From Bifidobacterium breve (GTDB taxonomy: Bacteria; Actinomycetota; Actinomycetes; Nanopelagicales; Nanopelagicaceae), in NCBI GenBank assembly GCA_945883755.1, contig CAMCXX010000002.1:42775-106774 (forward strand): 64,000 nt of DNA, given 5' to 3'. Positions 10,251 through 21,192 of this stretch are shown one piece after another. A model generated the notes under the pieces. The model was not told the DNA's origin. It made no database searches and saw only the letters and a program-made list of their open reading frames with translations. A program made the translations under genes and the position numbers. The first letter of the stretch is position 1, and each line of letters starts with the position of its first letter.

Positions 10251-11648
10251 ATGGGAAAGACGCTAGCTGAAAAAATTTGGGCAGAGCATATTGTCTCCGC
10301 CACACCCAATGAACCTGATTTACTTTATATCGATCTTCATTTGATTCATGAAGTGACAAGTCCACAAGCCTTTGATGGTCTTCGTCTGGCTAATCGCAAG
10401 GTTCGACGTCCTGATTTAACAATTGCAACGGAAGATCACAATGTTCCGACATTAAATATTGATAAACCAATTGCAGATCCAGTCTCTAAATTGCAGGTAG
10501 ATACCTTAAGAAAAAACTGTGCTGAGTTCGGCGTGCGCTTGCACTCATTAGGCGATATTGACCAAGGTATTGTCCATGTAGTTGGTCCTCAGCTTGGAAT
10601 TACTCAACCTGGAATGACAATTGTTTGCGGTGACTCCCATACCTCAACCCATGGTGCATTTGGTGCCTTGGCCTTTGGTATTGGAACCAGCGAGGTAGAG
10701 CATGTACTAGCAACTCAAACCCTGCCATTAATTCGCCCAAAAACTATGGCGATTAATGTTGAAGGTACTTTAAAACCAGGAGTAACTAGCAAGGATATTA
10801 TTTTGGCAGTTATTGCAAAGATCGGTACCGGTGGTGGCCAAGGTTATATTTTAGAGTACCGTGGAAGTGCGATCCGCGCTTTATCGATGGAAGCACGAAT
10901 GACTATTTGTAATATGTCTATCGAGGCTGGCGCTCGTGCCGGTTTAATCGCGCCAGATCAAACCACCTTTGATTATGTGAAGGGCAAGGCACACGCACCA
11001 GAGGGTGCTGATTGGGATGCCGCCTTGGCATACTGGAAAACTTTAACAACGGATGCCGATGCAAAATTTGATGTAGAGGTTAATTTAAATGCAGATGAGT
11101 TAGCACCATTTGTAACTTGGGGAACCAATCCAGGACAAGGCCTGCCATTGACTGCATCTGTTCCAAATCCAGCAGATATTGCTAATGCTGAAGATCGCGG
11201 TGCGGCAGAGCGAGCACTTGAGTACATGGGATTGACCGCTGGTACCCCGCTTCGAGATATCAAAGTAGACACCGTATTTTTAGGCTCCTGTACCAATGGC
11301 CGAATTGAGGATCTGCGTTCTGCAGCCGATGTTTTAAAGGGCAAGAAAATTGCTAGCTCACTTAGATTATTAGTTGTTCCCGGCTCAGCTCGCGTTAGAT
11401 TACAAGCTGAAGCTGAAGGGTTGGATAAAGTCTTTTTAGATGCAGGAGCTGAGTGGCGTAGCGCTGGTTGTTCAATGTGTTTAGGAATGAATCCAGATCA
11501 ATTATCGGTAGGTGAGCGGGCAGCATCTACTAGCAATCGAAATTTTGAAGGTCGGCAAGGTAAGGGTGGCAGAACTCATTTAGTAAGTCCTTTAGTTGCA
11601 GCAGCCACTGCAATTAAGGGCACTCTAGCTTCGCCAGCGGATTTATAA
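10251..11648 (+). CDS. leuC: 3-isopropylmalate dehydratase large subunit
   Basis: [44 protein letters not shown]. Confidence 0.98.
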   Translation: MGKTLAEKIWAEHIVSATPNEPDLLYIDLHLIHEVTSPQAFDGLRLANRKVRRPDLTIATEDHNVPTLNIDKPIADPVSKLQVDTLRKNCAEFGVRLHSLGDIDQGIVHVVGPQLGITQPGMTIVCGDSHTSTHGAFGALAFGIGTSEVEHVLATQTLPLIRPKTMAINVEGTLKPGVTSKDIILAVIAKIGTGGGQGYILEYRGSAIRALSMEARMTICNMSIEAGARAGLIAPDQTTFDYVKGKAHAPEGADWDAALAYWKTLTTDADAKFDVEVNLNADELAPFVTWGTNPGQGLPLTASVPNPADIANAEDRGAAERALEYMGLTAGTPLRDIKVDTVFLGSCTNGRIEDLRSAADVLKGKKIASSLRLLVVPGSARVRLQAEAEGLDKVFLDAGAEWRSAGCSMCLGMNPDQLSVGERAASTSNRNFEGRQGKGGRTHLVSPLVAAATAIKGTLASPADL

Positions 11649-12245
11649 ATGGAAAAATTTGTAAAGCACAGCGGAAGTGCACTGCCGCTTCGACGCAGCA
11701 ATGTTGATACCGACCAGATTATTCCCGCCGTTTACCTAAAGCGGATCACAAAGAGTGGGTTTGAAGATGGACTTTTTGGTGCCTGGCGAAATGATCCAGA
11801 GTTTGTTTTAAATCAACCGCAATATAAGGGTGCAACTATCTTGGTAGCGGGCCCTGATTTCGGAACTGGCTCATCCCGCGAACATGCGGTTTGGGCGTTG
11901 CAAAATTATGGTTTTAAAGTTGTCCTATCAAGCCGCTTCGCCGATATCTTCCGAGGCAACTCCCAAAAGGCTGGGCTGCTAACTGTTATTTTGCCGCAAG
12001 AGGAGATTGAGAAGATTTGGCAGATCATTGAGAACAAGCCAGAAACGCAGATAAGTGCAGATCTTCAGAGCAAAACCATCGCTTATGAAGGTACAACTTT
12101 GAATTTTGAGATTGATGATTACACCCGTTGGCGGTTGATGGAGGGGCTAGATGACATCGGTCTGACCTTCACCAAGATTGATAAGGTTTCGGAGTTTGAG
12201 TTAAAAAGAGCGGTTTTTAAGCCTAAAACACTGCCAATCAAGTAG
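11649..12245 (+). CDS. leuD: 3-isopropylmalate dehydratase small subunit
   Basis: [28 protein letters not shown]. Confidence 0.98.
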   Translation: MEKFVKHSGSALPLRRSNVDTDQIIPAVYLKRITKSGFEDGLFGAWRNDPEFVLNQPQYKGATILVAGPDFGTGSSREHAVWALQNYGFKVVLSSRFADIFRGNSQKAGLLTVILPQEEIEKIWQIIENKPETQISADLQSKTIAYEGTTLNFEIDDYTRWRLMEGLDDIGLTFTKIDKVSEFELKRAVFKPKTLPIK

Positions 12246-12249
12246 AACG

Positions 12250-12328
12250 AACTCTAAAGTAATTATTTAGAGTTATTAAAAATAGGTAAGTATTTGCGCA
12301 AAACCAGTATTAATTAATGGTTTTGCGC
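12250..12328 (+). terminator. Two tandem hairpins after leuD (possible terminators)
   Basis: AACTCTAAA/TTTAGAGTT (12250-12274) and GCGCAAAACCA/TGGTTTTGCGC (12296-12328); no strong U-tract. Confidence 0.45.
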
Positions 12329-12453
12329 CTTAATTACTGAATATTTCTCATGCGACACACCGAATTGGATGACAACCAATTTTTTGCTCACCCCTTAGAT
12401 TAACCCTTAGTTAAGCAAACGCTTAATTTTTTACACGTAAATAAGGGGATTTA

Positions 12454-12864
12454 ATGAACAAGGCCCAGTTCATCGCTTACCTAGCACCACCATTTGGTGA
12501 CAGTAAGAAGGAAGCTGCACGTGCAGTTGAAGTTGTATTTGATGCGATCGTTCGCAACATCTCAAAAGGTGAAGATGTAATGATCAATGATTTCGGTAAG
12601 TTTAAGAAGGTTGACCGTCCAGCACGTAAAGGTCGCAACCCATTTACTGGCGAAACTATTCAAATCAAAGCAAGCAAGAAGGTTCGATTCCTTGCTGCAA
12701 AGGGTTTGAAGGATGTAATTTCTGGCGCAAAGAAGTTAGGTGCAGCACCAGTTGCTCCTGCAAAAGCTGCTCCAGCTAAAGCGGTTAAAGCTAAGAAAGC
12801 TAGCAAACCAAAGCGTGCTGTTAAGAAAGCAAAGCCTGCTAAAAAAGCAAAGAAGCGTCGATAA
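12454..12864 (+). CDS. hup: HU family DNA-binding protein with Lys/Ala-rich C-terminal tail (HupB/HupS-like)
   Basis: FGKF, ARKGRNPFTGETIQI; tail APAKAAPAKAVKAKK. Confidence 0.93.
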   Translation: MNKAQFIAYLAPPFGDSKKEAARAVEVVFDAIVRNISKGEDVMINDFGKFKKVDRPARKGRNPFTGETIQIKASKKVRFLAAKGLKDVISGAKKLGAAPVAPAKAAPAKAVKAKKASKPKRAVKKAKPAKKAKKRR

Positions 12865-12878
12865 AAAATAAGTAATTT

Positions 12879-12911
12879 AAACGGGGTCTCAAGATGAGGC
12901 CCCGTTTTTTT
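12879..12911 (+). terminator. Intrinsic terminator after hup
   Basis: AAACGGGGTCTC-AAGAT-GAGGCCCCGTTT stem followed by a T run. Confidence 0.85.
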
Positions 12912-12966
12912 ACGCTCAAAATCACCACTTTTATGATGATGTAAGTATCCGTCGTAGAATTTGATG

Positions 12967-13749
12967 GTGTCCACCGCAATGAAGATCTCCTATGATCCAC
13001 CAACTGGCAAACCACTTGGCGTGACTAGCTGGTTTAGATTTGGCGCAAATGTTGTGCGACCAATCCTTAATTTAATTGCAAAACGTGATTGGCGCGGTGC
13101 TGAGAATCTACCAAAGAGCGGGGCTGCGATCGCGGTTTGTAACCACATCTCCCATGTAGATCCATTGGTCTTTACCCACTTCCTATATAACAATGGCAGA
13201 GGGGTTAGGTATTTAGGTAAAGCTGCTGTATTCAAAGTGCCAATAATTGGTAGGGTTTTATTGGGTGCGGGGCAAATTCCGGTAGAGCGCGAGAGCGCAA
13301 GCGCCTCCGATGCACTTCAACATGCAATTGCTTTTTTAAAGGCGGGTCACTTACTTGGTGTTTATCCAGAAGGAACCTTAACTCGAGATCAAAATTATTG
13401 GCCAATGAAAGCAAAGACTGGCATTGCACGTTTAGCAATCATCTCTCAAGTGCCGGTAATTCCATGCGCCCAATGGGGAGCTCAGAAGATTTTGCCAGCT
13501 TATGGAAAGTTGCCTAAGTTATTTCCTCGTACCAAGGTAACGGTAGTTGCTGGAAAGCCACTTGATTTTTCAAAGTGGTATGGCAAAGAGAATGATCAAG
13601 CAGCTTTAGAGGAGGCAACCGCCTTTGTGATGGCGGCGATTACAAAATTACTCGAGGAGATTCGTGGCGAACGCGCGCCAGCAGAAATCTTTGATCCTAA
13701 AAAATCCAATCTGCCACGTATTGGAAATTTTAAAAAGGGTAAGCGATGA
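12967..13749 (+). CDS. Lysophospholipid acyltransferase (PlsC-like)
   Basis: NHISHVD (HxxxxD) and YPEGT; start uncertain between 12961 and 12979. Confidence 0.9.
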   Translation: MSTAMKISYDPPTGKPLGVTSWFRFGANVVRPILNLIAKRDWRGAENLPKSGAAIAVCNHISHVDPLVFTHFLYNNGRGVRYLGKAAVFKVPIIGRVLLGAGQIPVERESASASDALQHAIAFLKAGHLLGVYPEGTLTRDQNYWPMKAKTGIARLAIISQVPVIPCAQWGAQKILPAYGKLPKLFPRTKVTVVAGKPLDFSKWYGKENDQAALEEATAFVMAAITKLLEEIRGERAPAEIFDPKKSNLPRIGNFKKGKR

Positions 13750-14744
13750 AAAAGGTAGCAGTTCTAGGTTCTGGTGCATGGGGAACAACGCTTGGCCAGG
13801 TTATGTGCGATTCTGGTCAGCAGGTTTTAATTTGGGGAAGAAATAAAAAAGTTGTTCGTGAAATCAATCGCCGTAACTCAAACCGTAGATTTTTAAAGGG
13901 AATTGATCTACCACCACAGTTAAAGGCAACAACTGATATTAAAGCTGCACTTGAGTTTGCAGAGGTAATTATACTTGCTATTCCAGCACAAACTCTGCGC
14001 GAGAATCTTGTCGTATGGAAAAGCTTTTTTCCGGCAGATGTTCCGGTAATTAGTACCTTAAAAGGTATTGAGGTAGCGACTCAATTTAGAATGACTGAGG
14101 TTGTCCAAGAGGTTTTAGGAGTTGAAAAATCAAGGCTTGGTTTAATCACTGGACCAAATTTAGCAAATGAGATTATCGCCCGCCAACCAGCTGGCGCAGT
14201 TGCTGCATCTGAAAACCCACAATTAATCGCATTGATGGAGAAGTTATTTACAACAGAGTACTTCCGAATTTATCCATCAGCAGATCTAATCGGTTGCGAG
14301 TTTGCCGGAGCTGCAAAAAGTGTAATTGCATTAGCGGTTGGTATGGCGGTTGGTATGAATTACGGTGAGAACACCCAAGGATTAATGATTACGCGTGGAC
14401 TCTCTGAGGTTGCCAGATTAGGCGGTGCATACGGCGCTAATCCACTTACATTTTTAGGTCTTGCTGGAATCGGTGACTTAGTAGCAAGTGCACAATCACC
14501 ACTCTCTAGAAATCGAAGTTTTGGTGAAATTCTTGGTAAATCTGGATCGATGGCAAAGGCGAGACAACAGAGTGTGAAAACAGTTGAGGGTGTGCCATCC
14601 GCTGGCGCGATGCTCGAGTTAGCTCACCGGGTTGGAATCGAAGTTCCAATTATTGAAGCGGTCTCTGATGTTGTAGCTGGCACATTAACGCCAAAGGGAG
14701 CGATGAATCGCTTAATGACAATCTCTATCAAGGCGGAGATTTAA
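13746..14744 (+). CDS. gpsA: NAD(P)H-dependent glycerol-3-phosphate dehydrogenase
   Basis: GSGAWGT, KGIE, GPNLA, GLAGIGDL, SRNR. Confidence 0.96.
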   Translation: MKKVAVLGSGAWGTTLGQVMCDSGQQVLIWGRNKKVVREINRRNSNRRFLKGIDLPPQLKATTDIKAALEFAEVIILAIPAQTLRENLVVWKSFFPADVPVISTLKGIEVATQFRMTEVVQEVLGVEKSRLGLITGPNLANEIIARQPAGAVAASENPQLIALMEKLFTTEYFRIYPSADLIGCEFAGAAKSVIALAVGMAVGMNYGENTQGLMITRGLSEVARLGGAYGANPLTFLGLAGIGDLVASAQSPLSRNRSFGEILGKSGSMAKARQQSVKTVEGVPSAGAMLELAHRVGIEVPIIEAVSDVVAGTLTPKGAMNRLMTISIKAEI

Positions 14745-15787
14745 TGGCTAAGAAAAGGATTGCCATTATTTGTGGCGGAAAAAGCAGCGAACATGAAATC
14801 TCCTGCGTCTCAGCAGGCGGAGTTTTATCAGCGATCGATACAAGTAAGTTTGAGATTGTTTTAATCGGAATTACCAAAAGTGGAAAGTGGTTGTTGCTAC
14901 CAACCGATACTACCTTTGCAATTATTAATGGCGCCCTACCTCAAGTACCTGAAAGTGGCGTTGAGGTGCAGGTCAGCAATAACTCATTACAAGCAGGCGG
15001 CAAAGATCTCGCAATTGATGTGGTCTTTCCAGTTTTACACGGTCCTTATGGTGAAGATGGCACGATTCAAGGCTTGCTTGAAATGATCAATCTTCGTTAC
15101 GTTGGTTCGGGCGTTTTAGCAAGTGCAGTAAGCATGGATAAATCATTTGCAAAACCAATCTTTGCAGCTGCGGGCTTAAAGGTGGCACCAGGAATGGTGG
15201 TTACCTCAAATACCTTTACGCTGCCAAGCAATTTAACTTACCCATTATTTGTTAAGCCAGCACGAAGTGGATCAAGTCGTGGCACTACCAAGGCTAAAAA
15301 TGAGGCTGAGTTAAAAAATGCGGTGGCATTTGCCCTTGAGTTTGATACCAAAGTGATAATTGAATCAGCGATCATCGGACGAGAAATTGAGTGCGCAGTA
15401 TTACAGGCGGATGGTAAAACAATCGCATCACCAGTTGGTCAGATTGCAATCGATGCAAAGTATGAATTTTATGATTTCACCGCCAAGTATTTAGATAACT
15501 CAATGCAGTTGCTCTTTCCAACTGATTTACCAGATGGTGTTGAAGCAAAGATTCAAGCAGCTGCGATTGCAGCCTTTAATACGGCCGGGTGTGAAGGATT
15601 AGCTCGAGTTGATTTCTTCTACTCAAATACTGGCGAAATTATCATTAATGAGATCAACACTATGCCTGGCTTTACACCACTTTCGGTCTATCCAAAGTTG
15701 ATGCAAAAGTATGGAATCTCCTACCCAGAACTAATTACCAAGTTAATCAATACCGCTTTAACTCGTTCTGCAAATATCACCCGCTGA
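14744..15787 (+). CDS. ddl: D-alanine--D-alanine ligase
   Basis: GGKSSEHEIS, LHGPYGEDG, GSSRG, YDFTAKY, NEINTMPGFT. Confidence 0.96.
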   Translation: MAKKRIAIICGGKSSEHEISCVSAGGVLSAIDTSKFEIVLIGITKSGKWLLLPTDTTFAIINGALPQVPESGVEVQVSNNSLQAGGKDLAIDVVFPVLHGPYGEDGTIQGLLEMINLRYVGSGVLASAVSMDKSFAKPIFAAAGLKVAPGMVVTSNTFTLPSNLTYPLFVKPARSGSSRGTTKAKNEAELKNAVAFALEFDTKVIIESAIIGREIECAVLQADGKTIASPVGQIAIDAKYEFYDFTAKYLDNSMQLLFPTDLPDGVEAKIQAAAIAAFNTAGCEGLARVDFFYSNTGEIIINEINTMPGFTPLSVYPKLMQKYGISYPELITKLINTALTRSANITR

Positions 15788-15789
15788 TA

Positions 15790-16275
15790 ATGGATGGTGT
15801 CTTAGAAAAGGCAGCGGTAAAACGTGTTGCACAAGCATTAATTGATCATCAAATATCTGGCCAAATCAAGGTTCTAACTGATTCGGCAAGAAGTGCGGCA
15901 GAGGCAGCATCTGCTTTAGGTATTGAGGTAGGACAGATCGCATCATCAATTCTCTTTAAGATGCCAGATGATTCACCTTTGTTAGTTATAACTTCAGGCC
16001 GGCATCGAGTAAATACTGAATTAGTTGCCAAAAACCTAAATCTCTCAGAGCTTGGCCGGGTAGATGCTGATTATGTTAAGGAAAAATCTGGTTTCTCAAT
16101 TGGTGGGGTTGCGCCAATTGGTTGGTTAAATCCAGCGAAGATAATTATTGATGAAGCGTTAAATGATTACGAGGTTGTTTGGGCAGCGGCCGGACACCCA
16201 CACGCAGTCTTTCCAACTACTTACTCTGAACTTGCAAGGATTACAAAAGCCCAATCAATGGTGGTTGCAGAGTAA
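15790..16275 (+). CDS. YbaK/EbsC family aminoacyl-tRNA deacylase-like protein
   Basis: GFSIGGVAPIG, VWAAAGHPHAVF. Confidence 0.88.
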   Translation: MDGVLEKAAVKRVAQALIDHQISGQIKVLTDSARSAAEAASALGIEVGQIASSILFKMPDDSPLLVITSGRHRVNTELVAKNLNLSELGRVDADYVKEKSGFSIGGVAPIGWLNPAKIIIDEALNDYEVVWAAAGHPHAVFPTTYSELARITKAQSMVVAE

Positions 16276-16283
16276 GTAAGGGT

Positions 16284-16520
16284 TTAAAAAGTTGTAACTG
16301 GGCAGGTAAGAGTTCTGGTTATTCCAGCAACTGCTTGTACCTTTGCCAAAACTGTACGACCTAAATCCTCCATGCTTGGCGCTTCAGCGCGCATGATTAC
16401 ATCATATGGACCGGTAACGCCCTCAGCTAAGGTAACGCCGGCGATTGCAGAAACTGATTTAGCAACACTTGATGCCTTACCAACCTCAGTTTGAATAAGA
16501 ATGTATGCCTGTACTGACAT
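16284..16520 (-). CDS. Stand-alone Lrp/AsnC ligand-binding (RAM) domain protein
   Basis: VQAYILIQTEVGK, VTGPYDVI, ITRTLTCPV; 78 aa with no HTH; typical position divergent from thiL. Confidence 0.88.
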   Translation of the reverse strand: MSVQAYILIQTEVGKASSVAKSVSAIAGVTLAEGVTGPYDVIMRAEAPSMEDLGRTVLAKVQAVAGITRTLTCPVTTF

Positions 16521-16623
16521 TTCTTGCCTTTCCTTAATCTAAATTAGGTACTAACTAGGTTCATCGATGAACCAGTTACCTAATAAAGGGTAGCCTATAG
16601 CGAAGCAATTGGGGAGAGGTAAT

Positions 16624-17553
16624 TTGAGCGCATCAGAGGAGCAGATAATCGATCAACTAAAGCGATTATTTGCCAGCAATTTTCCAGCAGAGGTTGAGGT
16701 TGGTATTGGTGATGATGCTGCAGTTTTACTTGGCATAAAGAATAAGTTAGTCGCCACCACAGATATGGCGGTTGAAGATGTGCACTTTAATTTAAGTTGG
16801 TCGACCCCTTTTGAAATTGGCGCCAAACTAACCACTTCTAACCTGGCAGATCTCTTTGCGATGGGCGCTCTTCCTAAATACTTACTAGTTGCCGCTGGAT
16901 TACCACCTACTTCAAATGAGAGTTTTATTGCAGAGTTAGCTAATGGAATTAGATCGGTTGCAGATAAATTTAATGTAGCGGTAGTTGGCGGTGATCTCAG
17001 CAGATCAACAAAGGTAGTTTTAACCATCACCGCCTTTGGCGATCTAGCAGGTGCGGCAATCACCAGAGCTGGCGCACAGGTGGGAGATCAAATTTATGTA
17101 AGTGAGTTACCAGGATTATCTGCTGCAGGGTACGCCATCTTAAGTAGAGAGTTAGATCGCCCTAGATATGTAGTGCAGGCTCATCTAAATCCAAAGTTAG
17201 TTGCACCTAATAATTTGATTGCAAGCGCAACTGCGATGTGTGATATCAGTGATGGTATTTCAATAGATGGTTCGAACATCGCTAACGCCTCTAAGGTGAA
17301 TTTTTCATTAAGCAAAGAGTTGATCTCTGCTGCGCCTGGCTTTAGTGATTTGGCTGAGTTAGCTACTGAGTTAAATGAGGATGTTTTTGATTGGATATTA
17401 AATGGTGGAGAGGATCACTTCTTTTTGGCAACTGTTAACCCTAAAAAAAGTGCGGGTATGTCGGCGATAAAAATAGGTGAGGTTGTTGCCGGCGATGGAA
17501 AGGTCTTATTAGATGGTAAAGCGATTAAACGAGCTGGGTACCAGCACTTTTAA
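16624..17553 (+). CDS. thiL: Thiamine-monophosphate kinase
   Basis: GIGDDAA, NLADLFAMG, VGGD, DISDG, GGED, GYQHF; TTG 16624 follows GAGAGG. Confidence 0.94.
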   Translation: MSASEEQIIDQLKRLFASNFPAEVEVGIGDDAAVLLGIKNKLVATTDMAVEDVHFNLSWSTPFEIGAKLTTSNLADLFAMGALPKYLLVAAGLPPTSNESFIAELANGIRSVADKFNVAVVGGDLSRSTKVVLTITAFGDLAGAAITRAGAQVGDQIYVSELPGLSAAGYAILSRELDRPRYVVQAHLNPKLVAPNNLIASATAMCDISDGISIDGSNIANASKVNFSLSKELISAAPGFSDLAELATELNEDVFDWILNGGEDHFFLATVNPKKSAGMSAIKIGEVVAGDGKVLLDGKAIKRAGYQHF

Positions 17554-17559
17554 TATTTA

Positions 17560-17745
17560 TTAACGAACCGCTTTGCCAGCCTTCAAGCATGATGCGCAAA
17601 CATTTTGGCGACGTGATTGGCCATTGATAAAGGTGCGAATCTTTTGGATATTTGGATTCCAACGACGACGTGTTGCGCGCTTAGAGTGAGAGACATTGTT
17701 TCCAAAGCTCGGGCTTTTGCCACATAGATCGCAGATTGAAGACAC
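17560..17745 (-). CDS. rpmB: 50S ribosomal protein L28 (Zn-binding, Cys-containing form)
   Basis: CDLCGK, GNNVSHS, RRWNPNIQ, CASC. Confidence 0.96.
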   Translation of the reverse strand: MSSICDLCGKSPSFGNNVSHSKRATRRRWNPNIQKIRTFINGQSRRQNVCASCLKAGKAVR

Positions 17746-17869
17746 TTTTTCTTACTCCCTTAAAATTAAATCTTATTTGAAGGCGAAAGATTACCTTGCA
17801 GGCACATTAATTGGCTAATCGGGTGGGTATTTACGCAGGGATTACCTTGCTTCATTAGATACTTCCTCT

Positions 17870-20056
17870 ATGGCAACCCTGGAAACTCGAATCCTAAATA
17901 TCCTCGGGGATCGCACGGCTGCAGTTCTAGAAAAATCCTTTGGCATCACCACCGTAAATGAGTTACTGCGCCATTACCCAAGAAGGTATGAGGTACGTGG
18001 TGAGTTAACAGATATCTCAACCTTAATCGCTGATGATGAGGTAACTATTCTGGCGCAGATCGAGCGAGTTAGCCTGCGACGTGCAAATGGAAAAAATATT
18101 TTAGAGGTTATCGTTACTGATGGAAGTGCGAATTTATCACTAACCTTTTTTAATCAAGCTTGGCGCGAGAAGGAGTTGAAGGCTGGTCGAGTTGGCTTAT
18201 TTGCGGGCAAGGTTGGTGTTTTCAAGGGAAAGCGCCAACTATCACACCCGGATTATCAAATGGTGCCTGATGGTGATGATGTTGATGCAGCGGTAGCAGA
18301 GTTTGCCGGAAAGTTTTTACCGGTATATCCAGCAACAGCAAAGTTACCTTCCTGGAAGGTTATGCAGTGCATGAAGTTAGTAACTGACTCCTTAGATGAG
18401 ATAGCTGATTACCTGCCAAGTGAGTTAATTACCAAATATAAGTACCCCAGCCTAAAACAGGCGTTTATTGATATTCACCAACCTAAAGAGTTGATCAATG
18501 CAGAGCAGGCTAGATTGCGATTAACCTTTGATGAAGCGTTACTACTGCAACTGCTGTTAGGCCAGCGCCGCGCTGAAATTATTAAGTTAAGTACAAAACA
18601 TCGGACACCCAATACACCAGTCCTAGTTAAAGCCTTCGAAGATAGATTGCCATTTAAATATACCGATGGCCAGCAAATAGTAAATGAGGAGATAGCTAAG
18701 GATTTATCAAATAAGTATCCGATGCATCGATTGCTACAAGGTGAGGTAGGTTCAGGTAAAACCGTAGTTGCATTACGCGCTATGTTGTCAGTTGTTGATT
18801 CAGGTGGCCAAGCAGCTTTGCTTGCACCGACAGAGGTTTTAGCTCAACAACACTTTAGAACTATAAAGAAGTTGCTGGGAGAGTTAGCCGACTCCGGCAC
18901 ATTGCAAGCAGGTGAAATTTCAACCAGTGTTGAATTATTGACTGGATCAATGAGTGCAGCTACCAAACGAGCAATCCATGCCAGGTTAGCAAGTGGTGAA
19001 ATTGGAATTGTGATTGGCACACACGCTTTGATGTCAGATGGTGTTGAGTTTGAAGATCTAGGTTTAGTAGTAGTAGATGAGCAACATCGATTTGGTGTTG
19101 AACAACGAGATGCGCTTCGGATGAAGGCGAAGCAACCGCCTCATCTATTGGTAATGACAGCGACGCCAATTCCCAGAACTGTTGCTATGACAGTCTTCGG
19201 CGATTTAGATATTTCAACCTTGCGAGAGTTACCTGGCGGCAGATCTCCAATTCAAACTCATTTAATTCCCGTTTTGGAAAAACCACATTATCTAGATCGC
19301 GCATGGGAGAGAGTGCGAGAAGAGGTAGGTAAGGGGCATCAGGTTTACATAGTTGCACCTCGAATTGTTAATCCAGATAAGAAATTAACAGAACGTGAAA
19401 TGCATGCCGCACAAATGTTGGGCGAGGAGTTTCTAGATAATCAAAATATGACAGCGGTAGAGGAGTTAGCCCCTGAACTAGCTACGGGCGCACTAAAAGG
19501 ATTAAAGATTGCCATGTTGCATGGGCGTCAAAGCAGTGAAGAGAAGGATCAAACAATGATCGCCTTCGCCAGTGGCGAGATTGATGTTTTAGTTGCGACA
19601 ACAGTTATTGAGGTTGGTGTTGATGTACCAAATGCTTCGATGATGGTGATTATGGATGCAGAGCGGTTTGGTGTCTCACAATTACATCAATTACGTGGTC
19701 GAGTTGGAAGAGGTGGTGTGCCAGGACTTTGCTTACTTGTAACTGCAGCTGCAGAGCAAACGCAAAGCATGGAGCGGTTAATCGCGGTTTCTCAAACCCT
19801 AGATGGCTTTGAGTTAGCCAGAATAGATCTTGAGCAACGTAAAGAGGGAGATGTTCTTGGCTCCTCACAATCTGGCGGTAAATCTCATCTGCGATTACTA
19901 CGAGTTTTGCGGGATGAGGATTTAATCGAGAGCGCACGAGAGGATGCTTTAAACTTACTTAAATCAGATCCAACTCTGTCAATGCATGATCAATTACTGT
20001 TAGAGGTAGAGAAGTTAAAGGATCAAGAGTCATCAGCATTTATGGATAAATCATGA
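17870..20056 (+). CDS. recG: ATP-dependent DNA helicase RecG
   Basis: QGEVGSGKT, DEQHRFG, TATPIPRT, QLRGRVGRG. Confidence 0.97.
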   Translation: MATLETRILNILGDRTAAVLEKSFGITTVNELLRHYPRRYEVRGELTDISTLIADDEVTILAQIERVSLRRANGKNILEVIVTDGSANLSLTFFNQAWREKELKAGRVGLFAGKVGVFKGKRQLSHPDYQMVPDGDDVDAAVAEFAGKFLPVYPATAKLPSWKVMQCMKLVTDSLDEIADYLPSELITKYKYPSLKQAFIDIHQPKELINAEQARLRLTFDEALLLQLLLGQRRAEIIKLSTKHRTPNTPVLVKAFEDRLPFKYTDGQQIVNEEIAKDLSNKYPMHRLLQGEVGSGKTVVALRAMLSVVDSGGQAALLAPTEVLAQQHFRTIKKLLGELADSGTLQAGEISTSVELLTGSMSAATKRAIHARLASGEIGIVIGTHALMSDGVEFEDLGLVVVDEQHRFGVEQRDALRMKAKQPPHLLVMTATPIPRTVAMTVFGDLDISTLRELPGGRSPIQTHLIPVLEKPHYLDRAWERVREEVGKGHQVYIVAPRIVNPDKKLTEREMHAAQMLGEEFLDNQNMTAVEELAPELATGALKGLKIAMLHGRQSSEEKDQTMIAFASGEIDVLVATTVIEVGVDVPNASMMVIMDAERFGVSQLHQLRGRVGRGGVPGLCLLVTAAAEQTQSMERLIAVSQTLDGFELARIDLEQRKEGDVLGSSQSGGKSHLRLLRVLRDEDLIESAREDALNLLKSDPTLSMHDQLLLEVEKLKDQESSAFMDKS

Positions 20057-20628
20057 GCATGCGAATCATTGCCGGAGTTGGCAAAGGGCGTAAATTATTC
20101 TCACCACCTTCAATTACCAGACCAACCTCTGACCGAGCACGGGAGGGATTGTTTTCATCTCTTATCTCTACCTTTGGCACATTAGATGGTCTGCACTTCT
20201 TAGATTTATTTGCTGGCTCTGGTGCAGTCGGAGTCGAAGCTTTATCTAGGGGTGCTGGCTTAGTTGAATCAATTGAGAGCAACTCAGAGAGTGCACAGGT
20301 ATGTGAAAAAAACTTTGAATTACTATTAAATCAACCAAATCTGGGGAAGTTTAAAGTTCACCAAACAACTACATTTGAGTACATCAACCATTTAGCAAAT
20401 AAGCAGTTTGATATTATCTTTTTAGATCCACCATATGATGTGACAAATATTGAGATTGAAAAAATCTTAAAGAAAATACAAAGTAATAACTTGCTGGGAA
20501 AATTTGGCGTGATTGCAATAGAGCGAGATGCCAAAGGTGCTGCATTCATCTGGCCAATTGGGTTGCAAGAGGTGAAGGTACGTTCATATGGCCAAGGGGC
20601 GATTCACTACGGCTCCCATGCTGATTAA
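20053..20628 (+). CDS. rsmD: 16S rRNA m2G966 methyltransferase
   Basis: MRIIAG, TRPTSDR, LDLFAGSG, DPPY. Confidence 0.94.
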   Translation: MSMRIIAGVGKGRKLFSPPSITRPTSDRAREGLFSSLISTFGTLDGLHFLDLFAGSGAVGVEALSRGAGLVESIESNSESAQVCEKNFELLLNQPNLGKFKVHQTTTFEYINHLANKQFDIIFLDPPYDVTNIEIEKILKKIQSNNLLGKFGVIAIERDAKGAAFIWPIGLQEVKVRSYGQGAIHYGSHAD

Positions 20629-20686
20629 TATTTCAATTTCAGGTTAAGAATGGCTAACTGGCCATTTACTTGCTAGCGTTTTGCTT

Positions 20687-21169
20687 ATGAGACGAGTTGT
20701 ATGTCCCGGATCCTTTGATCCAATCACAAATGGTCACCTAGATATTATCAAGCGAGCCAGCTCCTTATTTGATGAGGTAGTTATTGCGGTCTTAGTAAAT
20801 CAAACTAAAAGCTCACTTTTCACAGTGGATGAGAGAATTGAGATGATTAAAGAGGTTACTGCGATTTACAAAAATGTTTCAGTGGATTCTTGGAGTGGCT
20901 TGTTAGTTGATTACTGCAAATCAAATCAGATCACCACAATCGTAAAGGGGTTGCGCGCCGTCAGCGATTTTGATTACGAGCTGCAGATGAGTCAAATTAA
21001 TCTGCAATTACAGGGCGTTGAAACCTTATTTATGGCCACCGCACCTTCAAACTCATTTTTATCTTCATCATTGGTGAAGGAGATTGCAAATCATGGCGGG
21101 GATGTTTCAGCCTATATGCCGGCGGCAATCGTAAGTAAGTTAAAATCTAGAGTTGCCAAAACAAGTTGA
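20687..21169 (+). CDS. coaD: Phosphopantetheine adenylyltransferase
   Basis: PGSFDPITNGH, KGLR, DFDYE, SSSLVKE. Confidence 0.97.
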   Translation: MRRVVCPGSFDPITNGHLDIIKRASSLFDEVVIAVLVNQTKSSLFTVDERIEMIKEVTAIYKNVSVDSWSGLLVDYCKSNQITTIVKGLRAVSDFDYELQMSQINLQLQGVETLFMATAPSNSFLSSSLVKEIANHGGDVSAYMPAAIVSKLKSRVAKTS

Positions 21170-21192
21170 TTAGCGAAAAAGGGGAGAAGTAA

